Origin: Tubulanus polymorphus
Taxonomy: Eukaryota; Animalia; Nemertea
Assembly: GCF_964204645.1 (NCBI RefSeq)
Contig: NC_134034.1
Coordinates: 310,001-374,000 of the forward strand
Direction of reading: 5' to 3'
DNA: 64,000 nucleotides
Each line of letters starts with the position of its first letter. The first letter of the stretch is position 1. Shown here one piece after another: positions 1 through 12,000 of the stretch. The notes under the pieces are model-generated. The model saw only the letters and a list, made by a program, of their open reading frames with translations. It did not search any database and was not told the origin of the DNA. The position numbers and the translations under genes were made by a program.

Positions 1-54
1 CTTGTGGTTATTTTATCGAGTTGGACAATCGCTGATATCAGAGATTTAACATAC

Positions 55-3000
55 CTCACAGGAGAAGAATATTTCACAGGCGTAATTAAAACCGAACATT
101 CCCCAATTATAGTCATGAAACGACGCCTGAAACACAGACAAGACATTTCAAATAGCAGCAATCACAGCAGCTCAAAGCAGAATCTTCACAGATCTGTTTT
201 ACTATTGAATAACGTACCTGATAGGTTACTAGAAACGACGAAACCAATGCCAAAACGACGGAGATTTTATCCCAAACTCGAACCAGAATAGAGTGCGGAC
301 TGATCGTCCATTCCGTTTCCCAGAACTTCGGTTCAGCTTTCGTATTAACTGTGAAAAATTGAAAGTGATCCCGAATTAAACAATCAGTATTGTACAATTT
401 TTAGATATAATTTTCGAGATGACACTCACGCATCGGTTTTGACGGAGTTCCTTGGATATCCTGTTTTTATAATAGAAAATATTTAAAAAGGAAAGGATGG
501 ATCTGATTTATAAACTGGTGAAAAAGTGCAGGTGAACATTTTTTTGAATGAAATCTGTGCTATAATAATTTACAGATAATCATTATCATTATAAATTAAC
601 AGATTTATTATAATCTCAGTTAAAAAACTCACGAGAGATGGTTTTTTAGTTCTTTCGCTCGCTAATGCAATGATGTTTTGTTTGATGTTTGGATAAAATG
701 TTAGAACGTCATCCATGTCTTTCTTCTTCAACTGGAATACATCTACATTACTACCAGCTCTACAAATAAATACATCTACATTACTACCAGCTCTACACAA
801 TAAATACATCTACATTACTACCAGCTCTACACAATAAATACATCTACATTACTACCAGCTCTACAAATAAATACATCTACATTACTACCAGCTCTACACA
901 ATAAATACATCTACATTACTACCAGCTCTACACAATAAATACATCTACATTACTACCAGCTCTACACAATAAATACATCTACATTACTACCAGCTCTACA
1001 CAATAAATACATCTACATTACTACCTGCTCTACACAATAAATACATCTACATTACTACCAGCTCTACACAATAAATACATCTACATTACTACCAGCTCTA
1101 CACAATAAATACATCTACATTACTACCAGCTCTACACAATAAATACATCTACATTACTACCAGCTCTACAAATAAATACATCTACATTACTACCAGCTCT
1201 ACACAATAAATACATCTACATTACTACCAGCTCTACACAATAAATACATCTACATTACTACCAGCTCTACACAATAAATACATCTACATTACTACCAGCT
1301 CTACACAATAAATACATCTAGTTTTGAACTGTGGAACTGAGTTTAGAACTGTGAAACTGTGGATCTGGATCTAAAGTTGTGGAACTTGAGTTTCAAACTG
1401 TGGATCTGATATTTTACCTGATGGATGAAGATCGCGGTCCCTCCGATAGAAGAGACATCTCACCGAATACAGTTCCTGTCGGTAGAATATGTAACACTTC
1501 ACCCGTATCTTCATTTACTACTTCCGCAAAACCTTCTTGTATGAAAAACATCTACAATAAAACACGTAAACATGACATAACCTGATTCCAAATCCGAGTT
1601 TTACCAATACCCGATCGATCGACAGACTGACTGACCTCGGTTCCGATGTCGTTTTTATGTAGAATATATTCTCCTTTCAGATAGAATAACGGTTGCATTC
1701 TACGAGCGATCATTTTACGGAAGTTTGTATCAGTTCCACGGAACACTGACAACTACAGCAAAATACAACACATACAACCGGTGTTAAAAATCTTAGACAA
1801 ATTGAACACATTCTACTTTTTCATCTTTTCTTTCACTGCAAAAATCCTGGATTGGGTCTCATAGATGTGGAAGCAAAATAGTCGCTAGGAATATTTTGAA
1901 ATTTGTCAGTTATAACCATGGTTTCTCATTGTTACTACGATGGTTGTTACCCAGATTGAGGAGTTACCCCTAGGGATAACTTTGATACTCGGTCTGTGAA
2001 ACTGAGCCCAGAATTTCCATGTAAAGTGGGAGGTGGGTAGAGTTCAACAGAGCTCTAACAATAGCAGTGGAGCGACAGGGTGTTTAGTAGTGTGAGAGTA
2101 TCTTACTTTTCCCCAATTCAAAACCTCATTTCTCAGAGAGGTAGGGAAGGAGGATAAGTTGTGGGAGGTAGGTAGGGAGGCTGAGAGGGAGGTAGGTAGG
2201 GAGGCTGAGAGGGAGGTAGGTAGGGAGGCTGAGAGGGAGGTAGGTAGGGAGGCTGAGAGGGAGGTAGGTAGGGAGGCTGAGAGGGAGGTAGGTAGGGAGG
2301 CTGAGAGGGAGGTAGGTAGGGAGGCTGAGAGGGAGGTAGGTAGGGAGGCTGAGAGGGAGCTGGTAGGTAGGGGAGGGAGTATTAGTTGTGGGAGGGAGGT
2401 AGGGAGGCTGAGAGGGAGGGAGGCTGAGAGGGAGGTAGGGAGTATTAATTGTGGGAGGGAGGTAGGGAGGGTGAGAGGGAGGTAGGGAGGCTGAGAGGGA
2501 GGTAGGGAGGCTGAGAGGGAGGTAGGTAGGTACTTACATTACCGAGCACATCTTTATAAAGACTATAGGTAATATCACTGAGTAATGAAACAGGTAAACC
2601 GTTAAATAGTGATTCCGGATCGATACCAGCCGTTCGTCTCCACACGTACTCGTAATGTGCCATCATACGACTCTGTATATCTTCATTTATCTTAAAGTCC
2701 TAAATAAACATTCAATACATGATTCTTCTGTACAGTTCTCCGTCTGATATCTCTTTAATTGTTCCACCAAATAATAATAATTCATCATCAAATATAATAT
2801 TTCAATTGAAAATGAACTAAAAATTATTCAGATTACTTTCAGGGTATTTTGATATTTTCTTAGTCAGCAGGGGCCAGTTTCATAGTACTGGCTTAGACTT
2901 AAGACCGTCTTAGTTCTATAGCCAATCTAACAACTTAAGACAAGTTTTGTGATTTGAGACCGCTTATGGACATAAGTCTGAACTATGGAACTGGCCCCAG

Positions 3001-6000
3001 GTCCTAAAACTCGAGCGAACACGTATGTTGAACTAACCTTCATGAAATGAGCCATGTTACTGATCCGCGCTTGAAATCGACCTTTAGACGCGTCGGCATT
3101 GGCAACAACGGCAGCAACAGACGCGATAACCCAGCCGAAATACGCTACACCCAACACCATAGCGGCAAACGCATATACCATCTAGAAATATATCAGAGCA
3201 GTGAGGGGGAGAGAGAAGAGGGGGGGGGTGAATGAGAGAGAAGGTTGAGGTGGAGAGAGGGAGGTGAGAGAGGAGGAGGTAACTAACCTCAGGTATATAA
3301 TCGACATCAGCTGATAAATCTCCGTACCCGACTGATAAAGCAGTAGCTGACGCCCAATAGAAACAATTCACAAAGAAAGCATCCATTCCTTCATCTACAA
3401 CAAATAGTTTTACACCGGGATTAAAACAATTCAATCTAAACGACACGCACAGTTTTACACCGGGATTAAAACAATTCAATCTAAACGCAGTTTTATTCCT
3501 CACTCACCGAGATGTGTTTTTCCTGAAGCCGTTAACCAACAATGTTCGCGACAATAGTAACCGTTGACGATTCTCTCGACGGCGTTCTCGCCGTGACCTC
3601 CTTCTTCTTCCTCTTCTTCGTGATCTTCCCCTTCTTCCCCGTCTCCGTCATCGTCGTCGTCATCATCATCGTCGCCGTGGTGATCTTCATCCTCGTCGTC
3701 ATCGTCATCGGTACTGTTGCCTCCTCCTCCTCCTTCCTCTTCGTGATGCTCTTCTTCCTCCTCAGCGTAAACCGGTGGACACGCGAGTATAAACATCGAA
3801 CACAACATCAGTTGTATAAACACTACTGTATAAACGGTACACTTCACAGCCCTGTAACACAAGAAAGTTTTCTAGATTTTTGATAAAATTTGTCCCAGAC
3901 TTTTTCTCGATTTCTTTTTCATTCCCTCAGTCAGTGGCGCCAACCCGTTTAAACCGAGCACAATACGAACCTGAGCGGAGCCGCCCTAGTTTCGATCCGA
4001 TCTTCCAGATGAGAAAACAGCAACGGCAAACGATAGAACAACAAGATACGATTGAATCTGCACAACGCGATCACTTTAACACTCACATCTACAGCGAGAG
4101 AGAGAACATCTCAACTATCGATTATACCTCGCGAGGGATCATAGAGAACACTTCAACTATCGATGATACCTCACGAGGGATCACAGAGAACACCTCAACT
4201 ATTGATAATACCTCGCGAGGGATCTTAGAGAACACTTCAACTATCGACGATACCTCGTGAGGGATCTTAGAGAACCCCTCAACTATCGACGATACCTCAC
4301 GAGGGATCTTAGAGAACCCCTCAACTATCGACGATACCTCGCGAGGGATCACAGAGAACACTTCAACTATCGATGATACCTCACGAGGGATGTGTGGGTG
4401 TGTGAGGTACTTACAGTCCATCTGGAAGCCGAATACCGCCGCACCGATCAGTTCAAACGGTAAAATAGATACGAGATCTATGAGAAAATTTGTCTTCAAA
4501 TAATGTCTGGACGTTTTCAACGGGTGCGAAACCAATACATTCTTCTTATTGTAATAACCAATGTGAAATGACACATACCTGAAACAGATGATGTCATAGG
4601 GGGATTTGTGGAGGTAGACATCTTTTCTAGAGGTGTCTATAGATCAAATCACTAGTAGACAGTTTGATGATGTCATAGGGGGATTTATGGAGGTAGACAT
4701 AGTTTCTAGAAGTATCTATAGATCAAATCACTAGTCGACAGTTTGATGATGTCATAGGTGGATTGATGTAGGCAGACATCTTTTCTAGAGGTGTCTATAG
4801 ATGAAATAACTAGTAGATGAATAGATGGTTTTTTACTCACATGTCAATAAGGCAGAGAAAGTCCAGTATGTAAGCCGCGATCATTCCATGAGCGTTAAAA
4901 TAAATAAACGCCGGAAACATCGGAGTAACCATAACAACGATGAATGACAATATCAGACGTCCGATCGTCCAGTACCATAAAAACTGACCTCGCGGTAACA
5001 GAGTACAACTATAAATATAACAATATCAATATAAAGTGCCTGTGACATGTGCCTGTAACATGTGCCTGTTAACTTACTTCATCAACATTTTCGAGAAGAA
5101 TCTTGCGACCGGATTTAAACGTAGAAATGGTTTATTGAATTCGACCACTTTATCTAATTCATCTTTCGTCATTCCGGGTTTCGGATTCGAGTTGAACTTG
5201 GCGAAGTTTTCAATCGGTGGTTTATGAATCAGAGAATCTCCAACTGATGACTTCGATTGTAACACTGAAAAACATGTCTCCAAATCATTAATCACCCTAT
5301 GACATCATCAAATACATCTCCCTAAAAGATGTCTGCTTCTACATATCCCCCTATGACATCATTAAATACATCTCCCTAAAAGATGTCTGCTTTTACATAT
5401 CCCCCAATGACATCATCAAATCTATCTCCCTAAAAGATGTCTGCTTCTACATATCCCCCTATGACATCATCAAATTACCTAGTAGTTATTTCAATTTATA
5501 GACACTTCTAAAAAAGATGTCTGCCTCCATGAATCCCCCTATGATATCAAATTACCAATAAGTGATTGGATCTGAAGACACTTCCATAAAAGATGTCCAA
5601 CTCAATAAATCCCCCTATGACATCATAGAAGAAATAGTCAGATACTTACGGTCATGCATGGAAGCGATTCTGTTTTTTGATGGTAGAGGTGTAAGTCTGG
5701 AGGGGGCGCGAGCAGCAGGCATTCCCGGACTCGTTCCCGGCACACTCTTACTCAGTAACTCATTACGAGAGTTTTCAGCCTTCATGAATTGTCTGCACAA
5801 CGAAAATAGAAATATATATCGCGGTAATCTTTGAGCGATCATCCAGGGGGCGTTAGCGTCGGCTAATACGTACCGTTTAATGTCGGGAAACATAGAAAGA
5901 ACATGATCGAGATCGGATTTTGAAATGACAATCATATCGCAGTGCGTAACCGCTTGTATTGTTGACATTCTCGGCTCACCGAATATCAAACCCATTTCAC

Positions 6001-9000
6001 CGAAATATTCACCAGCCGATAAATGATTCAATACAACATCAAAATCATCCGATACAACCTGAAAATTAATCCAATCAAATCGATGATGTCATAGGGGGAT
6101 TTATGGAGGCAGACATCTTTTCTAGAAGTGTCTATAGATCTAATCACTAGTAGACAATTTGATGATGTCATTAGGGAAATTATGGAGGTAGACATCTCTT
6201 CTGGAAGTGTCTATTGATCAAATCACTGTTAAACAAATTGATGATGTCATATGGGGATTTATGGAAGCAGAAATCTTTTCTAGAAGTGTCTACAGATCAA
6301 ATCACTGTTAAACAAATTGATGATGTCATAGGGGGATTAATGGAAGCAGAAGACATATTTTGTGGAAGAAAGGCCCTTTCTGTAAGATGATGTGACAGGG
6401 GGATAGAATGAAGGCATGTTTCTCATGGTGATTGAATGAGGATAGAATGAGTGATACTCACGCGACAGGTTCCTCTCCGTATACAGTATAACTCACGACC
6501 GACGTCTCCGCTGTAAACTATTATATCGTGTGGCATGAATAAATATGATTTACAGTGAAGAGCCAACATCTGTAGAAACTCCTCATCGCATTCTTCAAAC
6601 ATCTTTATCTGTAGTTAGATACGAGAAACAGTGCAGGAAATCATCTCTGCATCCCGCCGCCCCCTCCCCCCCTGAAACAGTGCAGGAGATTATCTCTGCA
6701 TCCACCCCACCCCACCCCCCTGAAACAGTGCAGGAGATTATCTCTGCACCCCCCCCCCCCTGAAACAGTGCAGGAAATCATCTCTGCATCCACCCCCCCC
6801 CCTGAAACAGAGCAGAGATTATCTCTGCATCCACCCCCCCTGAAACAGAGGAGGAGATTATCTCTGCATCCACCCCCCCTGAAACAGTGCAGGAGATTAT
6901 CCCTGCACCCCTCCCCGAAACAGCGCAGGAGATCATCCAGGATCTGATACAGGGTGGGATGCAGTGCATCGCTAATCATAATTGAATGAGTAGAAACACT
7001 AACCTTGCCAAGAATGGGTAGAATCTCTTCATTAGCGATGTCCATTTGCAGTTTAACAGGAATATCATACATCAGTGACGTTCCACCCGGTATATACTGA
7101 CCCCTAGTGGAATAAAACAATACTACTATCAATCAGGGGCAGGTGTACACGAGCTGAGATCTGTCAGTCAGTCAGGGGCAGGTGTACATGAACTGAGATC
7201 TCTCAGTCAGTCAGTCAGTGGCAGGTGTACACGAGCTGAGATCTGTCAGTCAGTCAGGGGCAGGTGTACACGAACTGAGATCTCTCAGTCAATCAGGGGC
7301 AGGTGTACACGAACTGAGATCTGTAAGTCAGGGGGAGGTGTACACGTACTTGAAGCGATCCCAGAGTAATCCTAGATAATCTAGAACTCTCTCTTGAAGT
7401 TGTGCAGCTAGATTCCTTGCGCTCAGGTATTCTTTCAGCGCGAACACTCTCTCCTGATAGATCACCCTGAAATTTAAACATATTTCACTGAACTTAAAAT
7501 CTTTCCTAGAGGACGATGAAGTCATAGGGGGATCTGGTTGCCCGCCATCTTAATCTTTGCAAGAAAAGTTTGAGGATGAAATCTCATGGAGGTACTGGTG
7601 ACATCATAGTGGAATTCATGGAAGCTGACATCTTTGTGGAAGAGTTTATAGATCGATTCATCGGTAGATAGATAATTTGATTATGTCATAGGGGGATTTA
7701 TGAAGGCAGTCATCTTTTGCAGTTAGATGAAACCTTGTTAAGATGAGGGCGATAAATTCATGAAGGCAGGCATCTTTTCTTGAAGTGTTTATAGATTAAT
7801 CTTAAGTAGGATATTTGATGATGTCATAGGGGGGTTGATGTCAAGTAGTACTCACTTGGGTGAATCTAGATTAGCGACCGTAGCCGTGATTAAAGCTACG
7901 CAATATCCGTAAACGAGCACGCCGGCGATCATAGCGACGACCGAGATCATGTGACCGCTGATTCTACGCGCAGTGATATCTCCGTATCCAGTACTGGACA
8001 TCGACGTAGCCGCCCAGTATATCGACCTCACGTAGTTCATAGCTACATCGTTTAACGTGTCTAACTCATCGGCCGCGACGTTCAAATAGTAAATCCAACT
8101 GTCCGGTAAACATCTACAATATACGAATCAATGAATGAATTTCAAAATTTATATAGCGCCAATTCCATGCAATAACCATTTCTAGGCAGCGCCTTTCAAA
8201 ATCTATTACGACTGGAAATGACGAGTGAACAGAATATATATCAGTTATACTCGTCAATGGACTGCGTGTTTCCTCTTAAAGCGGCCAGTAACCATCAGTA
8301 ACCAACAGGTTTATTTGTTGAAATATGAATTGAAAGATTCAAATGAAGCTGGACAAAATACAAGAAACAAATAGCGAATTTGAAAATCGGGAGCAGTTGG
8401 CAGTTTTTGTTATATAGTTGAAACGTGAATAAATTACTAGAACCGGAAGTCTATTTTTTAGGATCAGATTTCTAGATCATCAATCAGAAATGAGATATCA
8501 ACTCACAGAAATAAACACCCAGGAGCCGGTTGCTCAAAAGTTGGTTTTAGATAACCAATGGATAAATACCATTGTAACAATGAAGTTTTAATTGTCACTA
8601 TGTCAACTATCAACTGGTTAGACTCTAACCAACCTTTGAGCAACTGGCCCCAGTTCCACAGTTGTCCATTCAAATCAAAATCAATTATCCATCAACCTAT
8701 AGTTAGAGTTAACTTCAACTGAGGACTGGGAGGCGTTCAGCTGAGGCTTAAAACAGCTTCCGACACTTACACCTTTGAATCGGACAAGGTGAGAATGGAG
8801 GAAGGGGCAACGAGCGGGTTGATTTATACTTACTGGAAGTTCGGTAAATGGCACACAGCTGTATACCAGATAGCGGCGAGCATATGAGTCGTTACCGTAA
8901 TCAATACCAACAGTTTCAGAAACCGAATCAACGTGATATTCACCGATAATTCCATCTCGAAACTCTCGAAAAACTTGAAAATCTGCAAACAATCAAATAT

Positions 9001-12000
9001 CACAAATATCATAGATTCTCGAAACTCTACAAACAATAAAACGAATTTCAGAAATTCCTTTCCCACCCTCTTAACAGAGTTTACTGATTCCCAAACAAAC
9101 AAACAAACTGACCGACCGACCAACCGAGACCGACTGACTGACCGACCAACTGACTGACCTTCCATGCTTTGAATAGTCGATTGAGTCTAAGGAAGACGAG
9201 TGCTGTCCATACTGTGTTACCGGTCCAAACTAAACTGATCAGTTCTAACGGTAAAACAGCTAAAATATCCAGTATTAAACCGTGTCGCAGATAATAGAGA
9301 GCGATACTTTTCTGATCCTTCTGTAATCCTGTACGAGAGAGATAGATATAATATATCGGACTGAGTAGGTAGTACAGCAGTTCTTACAATACAAAGTTCC
9401 CAAATATTTCACCGATTCTTGACCAAAAATTGCCGGATTTACAATTATATTATTTATAAGACATAGTGGGGGCTGTTTTTTATCAAGAGGTTCCTTGTGT
9501 CACTCGTCACCAGCAAGAACAACAAGACACCAAAAATTTAAATTCCCCGATTGAATTATAAGATATCCTCTCAGTGGGGGCCGTTTCTTATCTTTAGGTC
9601 TCTTGCATCACTAATCACCAGCAAGAACAACAAGATACGAAAAACTCAAATTCATTGACTTTTCAATATTCCTTGATTTCTCGCGAGACCTGTAGAACCC
9701 TTGGGAGTGAATGCATTAATAGTTTAAGGGGATGCCAGGGATGGAGCTGGGGGAGGGGGTAAGGGGATGAGTTTGCGGAGGGGGTAAAGGGATGCAGTTG
9801 GGGGAGTAATTAGAGTTCTCACCGTTAGCCGTAACGACCGCTGTCCTCAAGTTGAACGCGATGTCGATGATAAAACACAAATCACAAACGTATGAAAACG
9901 CGAACGTAACTTTACCGGCGTTACTGCTCATATAACCTGAAATATAATAATCCCTCTTAATCCTTTAATCCCACCGGATTAACAATATAACAACGGGCTG
10001 AATTCGATGATCGTCCAAAGCAGGATAAAACTTTATCAGGGGCCTAAGAACATTCTTAGACCAACTTATTCTATAGCCAATCTAACAACTTAAGACCAGT
10101 CTTAAGATCTAAGACCACTTTTGGACTTAAGTCACGACTGTGAAACTGGGCCCAGGGCTTTATTTGACTTGCTAAGAATCCAATCAATTAAACACACAGT
10201 CGCAAACACAAAACTATTTGATTACGTGCAATCTCAACAAATTTCTCAGTCTTAAATTCCCCTGATTTTCAGCTTTTTTTTACAAAATTCTCCGACTATC
10301 TAAAAGAATTGAAAATTCCCGACCTTTCCCCGATATCCAGTGTTTAAGCGCGACCACGCTGTATGAATCTTACCGGAGCCGACCTCGAACGCGGTGAAGA
10401 ACGCCTCATACGTGTAGAGGAAGAAAACGAGGAGAGCGACGAGAGTAATGAAGATATTCCACATTCGATACAGTTTCGATTTCGGGTGAATTAAATATAA
10501 ACTGAATTGACTGCACATTTCATCAACCGACGAACAAGATCCTGATTCCTAGAAATATAACATAACATCAGGGCTCAGGAAATGATGTCATAGGGGTATT
10601 TATAGAGGCGGGTACCTGACTAGTTGTAGCTGGTGTTTGGGGGGGGGGATATTTTCGTACCTGACTAGTTGTAGCTGCTGTTTGAGGGGGAGGATATTTT
10701 TGTACCTGACTAGTTGTAGCTGGTGTTTGAGGGGGGATGTACCTGACTAGTTGTAGCTGCTGTTTGAGGGGGAGGGTAGTTTCGTACCCGACTAGTTGCA
10801 GCTTGTGTTTGAGGGGGGATGTACCTGACTAGTTGTTGCTGGTGTTTGGGGGGGGGGGGGATATTTTCGTACCTGACTAGTTGTAGCTGGTATTTGAGGG
10901 GGGGGGGGGGTATATTTTCGTACCTGACTAGTTGTAGCTGGTATTTGAGGGGGAGGGGGGGGATATTTTCGTACCTGACTAGTTGCAGCTTGTGTTTGAG
11001 GGGGGATGTACCTGACTAGTTGCAGCTGGTGTTTGAGGGGGGGGGGATATTTTCGTACCTGACTAGTAGTAGCTACTGTTTGAGGTGTCTGTTCTGGTTC
11101 AACGTAGATCTCTGCATCATTTTCCCAAATTGATAATTTACGTCTAACGACGTTACTCACTTTAGTTACACCTTCGATTTCCTGAATCGCATAGAAAAAC
11201 AAACAAACATCATTTTTTTCAGGAGAATCGAATCCCACCGACTTTAAACGTCACGAGATGTCATTAGCGCTCACCTTTTTCTGATTAGGCATGAGAACTC
11301 CTGAGTCGGCGCGGGTCGCGTGAGCTTTGAATTTCGTCACCGATGAACTCTTTACGGCTTCCAATCTCTTTTTGGCGGCCGAAATCAATTTTTCTTGAGC
11401 TGAGAGAATAAGTAGAATCAGCAGTCTTGGAATCTAGGGGTGGAATATAAAGGGCCGGGGTCGGGAAGATAGAATCAGCAACCTTGAATCTTTGATATCT
11501 AATACAGAGTGGCCACTTTGATACACACGTTGTTTTCTCTGACCTGATCTGCTGAGAATTCAATCAATCAACACCAGTCAAATGTAACTTAAAACGTAGA
11601 TGGAAACTGTTTGATTTTACGCGCAATCAAGAAATCTCGACAACAAATTTGCTTGGCTTTTCCCTGATTTCCAGTTAGCCACCAAACGATAGTTGGAATT
11701 GCGTAACTAAGATTCTTCAGTAGAATCTGCTTAAATTTTGGATGAATCAAATTTACCTGGTTTATGAGAAATTGGGATTAAACATTATCATTCAAAAGGT
11801 TTACTGCAAATAATATCTGGATTAGATCAAATAATTCTAGATTAAACCGATATCAGACTATTGTTCTTCTTACCTCCCGGGAATAGTTTTAACACTTCGA
11901 CCAATGCTGCTTTATTGAGAACCATTAAATCGCAGTGAGTGACCGCTCTAACTGTAGCCGTACGCGGCAGTTCCAGAATCAAACTCAACTTAAATAGATT

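Noticed and set aside
2159-2485. REAEREVG repeat ORF and similar ORFs at 3542-3883, 6641-7132, 42488-43012 and 42553-43059
   Set aside because: Minisatellite translations or antisense/alternate-frame shadows of real exons.
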